Shown: positions 10,398-21,458 of the stretch, in pieces | Position numbering within the stretch: the stretch's first letter is position 1 | Layout of the letters: every line of letters begins with the position of its first letter | From: Diplonema japonicum | Lineage: Eukaryota; Protista; Euglenozoa: Diplonemea | Assembly: GCA_964019335.1 (NCBI GenBank) | Contig: OZ025656.1 | Span: 558,001-622,000 of the forward strand | DNA length: 64,000 nucleotides | Reading direction: 5' to 3' | Notes under the pieces: model-generated | Database searches by the model: none | Seen by the model: the letters and a program-made list of their open reading frames with translations, nothing else | What the model was told of the DNA's origin: nothing | Position numbers and translations under genes: made by a program

Positions 10398-11398
10398 ATG
10401 ACTGAGGCTGCTGACGCGGCGTACCTGACAGAAGAGGATGTGAGCAGCTTCATTCCAATGGCGTCGGTGGACGTGAGGGCGCTGCATGGTGAGAAGAAGA
10501 AGGTTCAGAACCCGAGGTGCCACACAAATGAGAAGAGGAAGAAGAGCCCGAATAAGATCTTTGATAAGGACATCAAGGGCAGGCTGCTGATGAGGAGAGT
10601 CGCCCCCGAGGAGCCGCCCATCACGTACAGCGTGCTGTCGACGAAGGAGAAGAGCCCCGAAACACGTTTATATTTCAGGCAGAAGGACATTGTCCACTCT
10701 GTGACACCTGGGCCTGGGTCGTACGTGCCGAAGGATGTTGCGGCACGGAGTGGGCCTAGGTTTGCGAAGCCGCTGAAGGAAAAAACAATGCCTTGCTTTT
10801 TCACGAAGAACGATGCACCTGGACCTGGTGCCTATGCAATGTCATCGGGAATGGGCAAAGGAAGTGCTTTCAGCATAGCTCCCAAGCTAGGCATGACAAC
10901 ACACAAATCATTCAAAACCCCAAACCCGGGGCCCGCTACCTACAACATAAGAGGCTCCATGGGAATATCCAACAGCAGAGGCCTCGCCTGCACCATCTCC
11001 GGTCGTCCTTCAAGACGACAAACCGCCCTCGATTCGGTACCAGGCCCGGGGGCATACAACCCGACAGCATCTAACTACATTTCCAAAGGCCTGGCTTTTA
11101 GTAGTAAACGTGCTTCAAATACAATGCACGACGGACCGGGCCCTGGGTCCTACAACTATCCATTGGTATGTGTGGTGGGGAATGCACAGAATTTATACAG
11201 GAAATGGGAAGGAAGCAGGGCACAGTTACCATCAAGGGTCGCACACCTCTGTTCATACCCCAAAAAGGTAGGTGCGGGGGGGGACAAGAAGAAGGGGAAA
11301 AAAAAAGAAAACCACCAGGACAAGGCCCTCCGCCGACAAACTACAACGTCGCACCGCCTGCAAAGGAGCCCCCTGTAAAGCGGTCAAGAGCTGTTTGA
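10398..11398 (+). CDS. PGPGxY (SHIPPO/ODF3/STPG-like) repeat protein, probably axonemal
   Basis: Repeats TPGPGSY, APGPGAY, NPGPATY, VPGPGAY and GPGPGSY. Introns at 11166-11200 and 11268-11318 join a further GPPPTNY repeat. The 3' end is uncertain. Confidence 0.75.
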
Positions 11399-11780
11399 AG
11401 GTCTTTTGATTTTTTTTTTTTTCTTATCTTGTCGCCTTCATGAGGAAGCTAGCGACAGGCAAGAGTTCTGTGGATACATTCACTCCGTCTCCGTGGGCAA
11501 GTCGGCACTAACTGCGAGAGTGTAGCAACCAAAGCCTTTTTTTTTCTTGTTTTTTTTTTTTTTTTTTTTTTTGAAGGAAAGCCGTTGTTAACACGTGGCG
11601 ACACCCCCTCCCCCTCCCCCTCCCTTTTTATTTTTTAAGCTCAATTCCTTTTGTTACATCGTTCTTTTCATTTCTGTTTCCACCAACCTCCAACAGGTGC
11701 GGCTCCTCAGGACCAACGAACGATGCGCAGCACTTGCCCGGCAACAAAACGGTAGTTTGAGCATTGACCACCCAACGACT

Positions 11781-14700
11781 ATGGGGCACAAGGAGCTTCT
11801 CGAGGCGTTCTTCAAAAGCTACGATGAAAGCGGCGTGGCGAAGGTAGACGGCCTCCTCAGCAAACATGCGGGCAACGAGAAGGCGGTGATGGAAAAGCTT
11901 GACGAGAAGTACCAGTGCGCATTCTTCAACAGCGCGTTTGATATGATGGCTGTCTTCAAAGCCAACGACCCGAGCAAGGTGGACTCCATCCCTGCCCTGT
12001 TGGGGAAGAACAAGGGTCGCGAGAAGGATGTCGCAGCAAAGGTGCGAATGAGGTTCGGTACAACGGGCGGCACAGCAGGCGCCTCTGATTATGCTACAAG
12101 GGTGCGAAACTTATTCCAAAAATACGACCCGTCCAAAGCAGCAAACACGGACGCCTTTCTTCAGAAGTACGCCGGCAATGAGGAGGCCTTTATTGCTAAG
12201 CTTGTAGAGAAGTACGGTCCTGAGCCAGGTGGAGCATCTGCACCAGCAACGCCAAGCGGTGGCGGCACAGGTGGTGCGTCAAGCTATGCTGCGAGGGTAA
12301 GAGGCATTTTTGAGAAATATGACCCTCCCAAGGCTGCGAACACAGATGCTTTCCTTCAGAAGTACGCTGGCAACGAAGAGGCCTTCATCGCCAAACTGGT
12401 CGAGAAGTACGGACCTGAACCTTCTGCATCCACACCAGCCGCAGGGGCGTCACCACGTAGCCATGCAGCACGTGTAAGAAGCATCTTTGAAAAGTACGAC
12501 CCTTCCAAGGCTGCAAACACCGATGCTTTCCTTCAGAAGTATGCTGGCAACGAAGAAGCGTTTATTGCTAAACTGGTCGAGAAGTACGGACCCGAGCCTG
12601 AGGCAGCAGCGCCTGCAGCAGGCGGAGGACCCAGTGACTATGTAACGAGAGTACGGAGTTTGTTTCAAAAATATGACCCTAGCAAAGCTGCGCACACCGA
12701 TACTTTCCTTCAGAAGTACGCTGGCAACGAGGAAGCTTTGATAGCCAAGCTGGTAGAGAAGTACGGCCCAGAGCCGGCATCCGGAGCATCTGCAGCCACA
12801 ACACCGCGCGACCACGCCTCACGTATTAGGAGCATCTTCGAGAAATATGACCCGTCGAAAGCAGCAAACACTGATGCCTTCCTTCAGAAATATGCTGGCA
12901 ACGAAGAGGCATTCATCGCTAAGTTGGTTGAAAAGTACGGCCCAGAGCCAGAAGCCCCTGCTGCAGGTGGGGCTGCTCCTCGTGACTATGCAACACGTAT
13001 CAGGAGTATCTTCGAGAAATACGACCCTTCCAAGGCTGCGAACACGAGTGCCTTCCTTCAGAAGTACGCTGGCAACGAAGAGGCCTTCATCGCCAAACTG
13101 GTCGAGAAGTACGGACCTGAGCCGGTAGCCTCTGCAGCACCCGCTGGTGGAAGTGGCCAGGCGTCGACGCTGCCCCCCAAGCCACCGTCTGACTGGGCAG
13201 CAAGGATTGAGGCGATCTTTAAGAAGTCGGAGCCTGCAAAATGTGGAAGCGCAGAGGCTTTGTGCGCCAAATATGCCGGGCAGGAAGCTTCGGTTTTCAA
13301 GAAGATCATAGGAAAGTACGGCCCCGAACCGTACTGGGCAGAGCGGCTGACACGTCTGTTCAAGGCGCATGGGAAAGAAGCACTGCTTGCGAAGATCCCA
13401 GACTACCTCACGGAACACGCTGGAAACGAAGAAGAGCTTGTCACTAAGCTCGTTGGGAAGCTTGGACCGGAGCCCACTGAAGCAGTGCCGGCAGGTGGTG
13501 CTGCGGCTGCGGAAACAGCTGCGGCGGGTTCGACAGACAACATGACGATGAAGGCGAAAGTGGTGAGATTCCTGTTTTACGTAGACTCCAGCACAGTAGT
13601 GGGGTGGATCGAGAAGCTGGAGCCCGGCGGGAAGTATCACGGCAAGGAGTCTGATCTGTACGCAGCACTGCTGAACAGGCATAAAAGCGACCCCTCACCT
13701 GCCGACCCCCCTCAGAAGAGCGACACCAAAGCACGTGTTGTGAACATGTACGCCCTGTACGCTCCTGAGAAGATAGCCGGTGTGGAGCCCATCCTCGACA
13801 GGTACAAAGGGAGGGAGGAGGAGCTTATCGCTACCCTCGTAAAGAAGTACGGCGACGAGCCATGCACCGGCGGCAGTGACGGGAAGGCTAAGACCAACAG
13901 GACGTACAAAGAGAGGATCGAAGCCATCTACCAGAAGTATTGCCCAGAGAAGGTCGGGAACGTGCCCGGTATCCTTGAGAAGTACAAAGGAAAGGAGTCG
14001 GATATCATACAAGTATGGCGACACTAGCACACACACCTAACTACCATCTGCAGAAGCTCGTCAGCATGTACGGTCCGGAACCATCTGGCGAAAGCCCAGA
14101 AGAGTTCCTTGCACGAGTGACAAGGTTCTATAAGAAGTACAACGCGGAGAAGGTGTGCCCCCACCCCAGTCTTAAACGTAATTCACATCAGGTGGACACT
14201 GTGCCGGACATTGTTGCAAAGTACAAGGGCAGAGAGGAGCAGCTCATGGAGGGATTGGTGAAGAAGTACGGACCCGAACCGGAGGAGGAAGAGGAAGAAG
14301 AAGAAGAAGAAGGAACGGAACGAGAGCAACAAGAAAGAAGAGAAACGAAGGAATGGGCAAAACTGGACGCGGACAGCAGAATGGTGCACGTAGGCGAGAG
14401 GGCCGCGAGATGGGATGTAGAAGATCAGGACGAGGCCGAGTGGGAAGAGCTGGTGGAAACAGAACAACGGAAGCGAGACATAGTAAAGAAGAGGTCAGAG
14501 GCGAACGGCCTGCTACGAAGGGAATACTATGACTTGTTGTTGAAGAAGCTCAAGGACAAGATCAGGGAAGAGAAGCGGCGCCACCGTGCACTCCTAGACG
14601 AAAGGATGTCGGTGTACGACCAGCTGCAGACCAACAAGGACTCCATGAAGTACTACGAAAGGTTGGCAAGACGAAACATGGAGGAAAAGGAGAAACGGCA

Positions 14701-15247
14701 AAAGAAGTTCGACGCCCCGCCCAAGACACCACCCACACGCAGCGCAAGCGTGTCAAGTAAAGACTTTGTGAGCTACAACGTGAGAATGGCGTCTGCATCC
14801 CCATCACGTCGATCGGTGTCTGGAGAAAGGGAAACAAGGCGGGCGAGAAGTAAGGAAAGACACGAAATCACCCCAGCCGCTTTGGAAAGAGTCTTGATTT
14901 ACCAGAAGAAGTGGCTTCCGAAAGAGTATCGGCTGCCTGACTACCCGACCCTTGATGAGGTTAGGGGGAACAGGAAAGGGTTTTCCTCAAGGAAAACCCT
15001 TGAATCCAGGCACCGAGACAAGGTCAGCCAAGCCGTTCGTCGAGTGGAAGAGGAAGCACACACCCTCCAAACAATGACCGGCCAGAGCGAGACAGCCCTC
15101 GAACGTGCTATGACACAGCTATCCTCCCACCAGGTACTTCGCACCCAAGACATGTGGAACTCCCTCGTGGGGGGCCCGACGTCTGCACACCGCTCCAGCT
15201 CGTATGACCCTTCTATAAACAGATCCCGGTCTGTTTCCTATTATTAG
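11781..15247 (+). CDS. Large protein with 14 copies of a ~45-aa helical repeat (R..F.KYDP.K....FL.KY.GNE...I.KLV.KYGPEP), a poly-E tract and a coiled-coil tail
   Basis: ORFs 11595 and 14015 are joined by intron 14013-14053 (GTATGG...CCTAAC...CTGCAG), which restores IIQ|KLVSMYGPEP. In-frame intron 14153-14191 restores YNAEK|VDTV. Confidence 0.85.
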
Positions 15248-15728
15248 TTCTTTCGCTTTTTTTTTTTTACTTGTATTTTTTTTTTTGTATGATTTATCCT
15301 TTATTGTCAACAAAAGGCGCGTTGTGATTTTTTTTTTATAAGAGAAGAAAAAAAAAAGAGGGAAAACCCGGAGGATAATTAGAGCAGGGAGGCGGAAGAG
15401 AGGAGGGGGTGATAAAAAGGGGGGATTTCACCTTCCCCCCCTTTTTTTCTCTCCCTTATTTTCACTCTTTCCCCCCCTTTTTTTTTTAAAAGAAGTAGTT
15501 TTTTGTTGTCACATCTCCCCCCCTTCCCACCCGTTCTTTCTCCCCATTTGTCCATTCCCCACCCTTTTGCGCCTTGCAAAAATGTTTATTCTGTTAAAAA
15601 TTCTATTTTTTTTTTTTGTTTAGCTTCCCTGTGGTGGTTCCTAGTAATTGTTCGTACCTAAGCGCGAGAAGGAAAAAAAAAAAAAAAAAAACTCCACAGA
15701 AACACACAACACAATACACCACCCTCAA

Positions 15729-16463
15729 ATGTCGGAGCCCCTTTGGCAGGAAGAGTTTGTGGAGACAAGCGATAGCGTGATCCAGGTGAAGGTAACAATA
15801 CCGGAGAAGATACAAAGCAGGACGATGGTGGTGGTGACGCACCCTTACGGGATGCTAGGGGGTGATCTTGACAACCCTGTGTGCATGGCCATAGGGAGGA
15901 CGTGCGGGGAGAAAGGCTACGTCACTGTGCGTCTGAACTTCCGTGGGTCAGGTGAGAGCAGCGGTGCTGGGAGCTGGAGGGGTAGTGGCGAGCAAGAAGA
16001 TGTCCTTGCCATCATCAAGCACTACAAAGCCCACCCTTGCTGGGAAGGCACTCCACCGGAAGTATGCCTTATTGGCTACAGTTATGGATCCCTGATATCG
16101 GGTTCACTAGTGACACGCCCCGAGGCATCTTGCAAGGCATATGTTGGCATAGCCTATCCACACTCTGTCGCGTGGGCCCTCACACTCTTCCGCACCTCTG
16201 AGTTATTGAAACCCCTCCGTTCCTCTCCTTCTGTGCCTAAGCTTTTCTTCCATGGAACTCGTGACCAGTTCACGTCGCTGCCCACCGCTGTTTCCCGAGT
16301 GGAGAGCATGGGGAACTCAGCCTCCTTGGCTACCTTGGACGGTGCAGACCATTTCTTTGGGAGGAGGAAGACAGCGGTATGGGTGGATGGATTTTAAAAA
16401 AAAAAAAAAAAAAACCAGGAAATTGTCTCGCGTATTTCAACGTTCTTGGACACCGCTTGTTAG
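15729..16463 (+). CDS. Alpha/beta-hydrolase fold protein
   Basis: THPYGMLGG..N, NFRGSGES, GYSYG nucleophile elbow, HGTRD and GADHFF. Intron 16377-16418 gives the C-terminus EIVSRISTFLDTAC*. Confidence 0.9.
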
Positions 16464-17293
16464 TTTTTTGAAAATATTTGTGAAAAAAGAAAATAAAGGG
16501 GAGGAGGGAAGGTGGCAGAAACTTTAGAGTGTTTCTTTTTGTAATTTAAAAAAAGAAAAAAAAAAAAAAGGGAAGTAAGGAAACGATGCTTTTTTGAGTC
16601 GTGTTGAGGTGACATTATGTTATTCTTCTTCTTGTTAATAACTCTCTCTTTGGTCTCCTTTGTGATTCTTTTATCAAGGAATGGGGGGCAAAAAAAAAAA
16701 AAAAACGATTTTTTTTTTTGTTTCCTTAATACACATACTTGAAAAAGGGATTCAGAGAAGGGAAAATGGAATTGTTTTTTAAAAACACATGATAGGGGTC
16801 CTTTCCTTTCTATTCCCCTTTTTATCCTCTTTTTAAAATTTTTTTTTGTTAATACCGTTTTCCAAAAATATGCTCTGCGAGAAATAATGCTGATATCTTC
16901 TTCTTTTTTTTTTTTGTAGAACATATTTTTATGAACACAGTACGTGCCCTCATGCTTGTCCCTCCGCGAGATTCGTTTATACCATCCTCTGAAAAGAAAA
17001 AAGAAAAAAAAAGAATAGTGATTGTATTCATAGAGAGAAAAAAAAAAAGCAAAGTAATAAACCTGGTGGACCGGAAAGCGATCGCTAAAAGGAAGAAAAG
17101 AAAGAAAAAGGAAATATTGAAACTAATAATAATAAAAAAACGTCTTTTGAAAAAAAAAAAAAAAAAAAAATACAATTAGTAAAAATCATCATCAAGAAAA
17201 AAAAAAAAGAAAAAACGTGAATTTAAATATTCTTAGGTTTTGCAGCGACCTCCTCCTTGCTGTCACCCCCTATCGCTTCTTAGTGCAGGGGAT

Positions 17294-17438
17294 AATCGAT
17301 GCTTTCATGAGCCAAGGGGCTGGCTCTTCACAGCCTTGTCCACAGTGCAATAGAGGGGCGCTGGTAGGTGTTGTTGATGGGTGCCGAAGCTGAGAGCTGC
17401 CTGCAGTCCTTAACGCGGGGTTTGCACTTGCATCGATT
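17294..17438 (+). other. Candidate structured RNA element
   Basis: A 9-bp closing stem AATCGATGC/GCATCGATT with internal stems GAGCCA/TGGCTC and AGTGCAA/TTGCACT. Confidence 0.4.
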
Positions 17439-18859
17439 TCTTTCCCCCCCTCCCCTTTCTTTTTTCCGATCCCCCTTTGCGTATCTGGTTTTTTCGTCAT
17501 AAAAAAAAGAATATTCCGGGGGAAAGAAGAAAAGCGTTCAAGAACAGCAACTGAAAAGAAAGGCTTTCCCCCCCACTGTAAGTTTCTTCCTCCCCCCATT
17601 TTTTCCACCATCAAACTGTATAAAAGAATAAGGGGAAAAAGCCCCGAAGAAAAATCTCCTGTTTTCTTTTTATTTCCTTTTTTTTTTCCCCCTCAATTTC
17701 CCCCCAGAATATATGTGTGTGGGGGATAAAAAAATAGAGGTTTTTTTTTCTTTTTTCTTCCCCCTCCCCCCCTTTGGCGAGGCCTTCAAATGATCAAAGG
17801 GTTGGCCCTCATCGAAGAGCTGGAGAGCATCGCAGCGAAGCGTAAAAGCTTTTTTTTTTTTTTTTTTATTCTCCTCCTTGCTCGATCGCGTAGCACCATT
17901 TTTTTTTTAAATACTTTTTTTTTCCCTATCAACTTCGTTGATGGGATGCTATTATGCACTTTTTTCCCCTTTTTTTCTTTCTTTCTGAGGCTCTAAAGAG
18001 AGACCCCTCATGGTTCCTCAAGTGAGATGTGTTCTTTTCAACAGAGTCGTTTTTTTTTGTGTTTATTGTTTGTACACAAAGACGACCCTCTTCAGGTTGA
18101 TATATAATATTATAAAATATTATAAAAAAAAAGAATCTGGTGAAAACAACAAACAAACAAAGTGCCGTTCTTTTTTTTTTTTTTTTCTTCTTCTCTCTTC
18201 ATGTGAAACACCATAAGATATTGCTCGTTTTTGGAAAGCGAAGCAGGCAGGCAGGCAGATCCCCCCTTTTTTTTTTCCATCTTTGCAGGAACAAGTCTTT
18301 GACTTTCCTAAACAGACAAAAGGGGAACGTTGGCCACGTGTTTACGGGTTAAAAGCCTTCTCCAGGCTTCTACCCGGCACATGCACACCCAACAGCCAGT
18401 TCTTCTTTTATTTCTTCTTTCTTTTTTTTTTCTCTTCTTCCTATCGAACTGGAGGATAAACAATAATATATATAATAAAAAAAAAAGGTTGGATTTTTGC
18501 AGCAAGAAAGTGTACATTTGTTAAAAGTGTCGACACACAGAAACTTCTGGAAGAAAGAAAGAATGAAATAAAAAAGGGGAGGAGGTGGAACCGTTTACTT
18601 TACTTTCATTTGTTTGTTTCACTGCTACTGCTCGTCACCTCCCCTCCCCTCAATAAGCTTTGCTGCAGGGTGGTAAGGTACAGGTCTTTGCAGCAAATTC
18701 TTTTTACCCCATCCAGGTCGGAAACTGTTTGAAACCCAACTTTGACCCTACTTTCGAACTTTTGACCCCCCCCCACCTTCCAGTACCCTTTTCTTACTTT
18801 TTGTTGCTACTTGTCATCTTTGTTTAAAAAAAAAATACAAACACCCAAAGACAAGAATC

Positions 18860-19088
18860 ATGCATGGAACACAACGGGCAACGCCTGGCATGAAAGACGG
18901 ACAGCCGGTGTTTGGGGTACAAAAAGGAACCTTTCGGGAAGAAGTCGATGGAAGCTATGTATGTCCTCCTATTTGGGGGGGAATAGTTTTTATTTTTATT
19001 TTTTTGCAAGACGTTCCGAGCAACGAACTGGAAATGGACCATCACGGGGCTGAGCAGGGGAGATGTACACGAACTGATGACAAAGTGA
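18860..19088 (+). CDS. Putative 58-aa spliced microprotein
   Basis: Exon 18860-18958, intron 18959-19010 (GTATGT...GCAAG) and exon 19011-19088 give MHGTQRATPGMKDGQPVFGVQKGTFREEVDGSYTFRATNWKWTITGLSRGDVHELMTK*. An upstream exon cannot be excluded. Confidence 0.6.
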
Positions 19089-19189
19089 AAGGGAAAAAAA
19101 GTAGAAAATTTATATTTTCAGTTCTTTTTTTTTTTCTTCTTATTCATTGGTAGTCCGCAACCCAACACAGTGCCAGGTATCAAGCAACA

Positions 19190-20543
19190 ATGAACGTGAT
19201 GCGCAGAGCTAGTGTAAGGACGGTGAGGCAGGTGAGGCGTTCCACTGGGCTTGTCGACGGGCCTGACGGTGAGGTGTGGAACATTGACTTCACAGGGCAC
19301 AACAGCCTGACCGACAACATGGCCTTCAAGAAGGCCGCAGAGAAGCCCGAACCCCTGTACCGCGTGCTGGACGCACAGGGCGAATGCGTGGGCGAAGCAC
19401 CAGATCTCACGGAAGAGGAATGCCGCATGATGAACAAAACGATGGTCAGGCAGAGCGTGATGGACGGTATCCTCTACGAGGCACAGAGACAGGGAAGGAT
19501 CTCCTTCTACATGACCAACTACGGTGAGGAGGCAACGCAGATCGGGTCTGTGTCTGCTCTGAAGCCCGACGACATGGTTTATGCACAGTACAGAGAGGCA
19601 GGGGTGCTCCTCTACAGGGGGTACGAGATCAACAAGATGATCGCACAGTGCATGGGAACCGAGGAGGACGACGCCAAAGGCCGTCAAATGCCCATCCACT
19701 ACGGGTCGCCGGAACACCACTACCAAACCATCTCGTCACCGCTTGCCACACAGCTCCCGCAGGCGGCGGGTGCGGGGTACACCATGAAGCTGGACAATGT
19801 TGACAAGGTGTGCATCTGTTACTTCGGGGACGGTGCGGCATCGGAGGGTGACTTCCACCCGGCGCTGAACTTCGCAGCCACCCTTGGCAGCAGGACCATT
19901 TTCTTCTGCAGGAACAACGGGTACGCCATCTCCACCCCCGCTGTGGACCAGTACGCTGGCGACGGTATCTACGCTAGAGGCGTTGGCTACGGCATCAGGA
20001 GCGTAAGGGTGGACGGGAACGACATCTTCGCTGTCCACGCCGCTACCAAGAAAGCCCGTGAGCTCTGCATTGAACACAACGCCCCTGTCCTCATCGAGGC
20101 CATGACCTACCGTGGGGGTATGTGTAAAACAACAAGCAAGGGGAAATAAATTTAAAAAAAAAAAACACAGGGCACCACAGCACCTCCGATGACTCTACTC
20201 GCTACAGGCAGAAGTCAGAGGTGGATAAGTGGATGTCTGGTCCGAACCCTATCAAGAGGTTCACGCGTTACCTTGAAAAGAAGAATTGGTGGAGCAAAGA
20301 GGACGACAAGCAGGTCAGGGAAGAAACCAGGAAGGAGGTTATGGCTGCGCTCCAGAGGCAGGAGAAGATGGGCTTCTGGGACCCTACGGTATGAAGGGAA
20401 AAGGGAGGGGGATTTTTTTAAATTCTTTTTAAAAGGAACTCATCACTGACGTTTTTGCGGAACCTACCCCTGCCCTCATCAAGCAGCGCGACGAGATGCT
20501 GGCCCACATGAGGGCCCACCCCAATGTGTACAAGACTGCGTAA
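19190..20543 (+). CDS. BCKDHA: Branched-chain 2-oxoacid dehydrogenase E1 alpha subunit (mitochondrial)
   Basis: [27 protein letters not shown] and the TPP motif [11 protein letters not shown]...NNGYAIST. Introns 20118-20170 (restores [11 protein letters not shown]) and 20389-20435. Arg-rich N-terminal presequence. Confidence 0.96.
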
Positions 20544-20744
20544 GTTTCCTTTTTTTTTTCTTTCTTTTTTTTTTCTTTTTTTTTTTTGTCAGTGGGTCAT
20601 ATTTTAGTTTGTTTGTACACAATTTTTTTTTCTCTTGTATGTGGAGGGCAATAGCTGTGTTGGGGGGGGCTTTTTTTTCTGTTTTGTTTTGTTTTTGCCC
20701 CTCTTTCTGGGAGGGGGAAAAAAGCAAAATGATAAGAGAAGGAA

Positions 20745-20777
<33 letters not shown>

Positions 20778-21458
20778 GTTTTTGAAAAACACAGGGAGGG
20801 GAAAAAGAAAAGAAAAAGGAAGAAGGGAAGGGGAAAAAAAAAAAGGGGGACGAAAGGTGGGAAGCTCAATTTTTTCCCCCCTTCCTTTGCTTCTTGTTTT
20901 TTTTTCTCTCTTTTCCGTCCGCTGGTGTTATTACGCACCCAAAAGGTATCAGGTTTATTAGCGAGGGGTTTCTTCTTCTTTTCTTGAGAACAAGGGGGCG
21001 TCTCACAAAGACTTCCTTTAACTCATATACTTTTCTCTTCTCGCAGCGGGATTCTCAGTTTTAAACCAAAAAACTTAAAAGGAAGAGAAAAGAAAACGGG
21101 AAGGGGGTGGAAAAAACAAGAGGATTAAGATAAAAGAAAATTAAAAAAAAAAAGAAAACAAAACGTTTCCTTCCTTTTCCCCCCCTTCCCGAAACGGGAA
21201 AGAAACCAAAGAAAAAAAAATGGAATTTAAAAGAAGAAAGAAGAAGATTGAGGAGAAAACGAAAAGAAAAAGGGGGAACATCCGATGCTTTTTTTTTTTT
21301 TTTTTTTCTCTTTCAAAAAAAAAGAATTCAAAACCCCTTCCCTCCCCCCTACGTGGTTTCTCTATTCTATATTTTTAGTTTGAAATTCTCCGAAAAATGT
21401 TAAAAAGAACACAAAGTGATCCTTTTATTTCACCACAAAAAAAAAAAGAAAAAAAAAA

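Noticed and set aside
12085-13125. Regularly spaced repeats resembling a CRISPR-like array
   Set aside because: They are in-frame protein repeats with synonymous variation in a eukaryotic gene, and no cas genes are present.
17379-17420. TPP-riboswitch-like GGGTGC-CGAA-GCTGAGA motif about 1.8 kb upstream of the TPP-dependent BCKDH E1-alpha
   Set aside because: The pyrophosphate-sensing arm (CCUGAUC...AAU...GCGNAGG with P5) is missing and P1 is poor. Only half of the aptamer matches.
17923-17945. CCCTATCAACTT match to SSU rRNA
   Set aside because: Only about 12 nt, with no surrounding rRNA sequence. It is better explained as a local hairpin.
18713-18730. CCAGGTCGGAAAC resembling SRP RNA helix 8
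   Set aside because: The universally conserved AGCAG strand does not follow, and there is no Alu or helix 6 context.
17631-19053. Possible RNase MRP P4 halves (AGCCCCG / CGGGGCT)
   Set aside because: The halves are 1.4 kb apart, the match is only 7 bp, and the second half lies inside the predicted microprotein exon.
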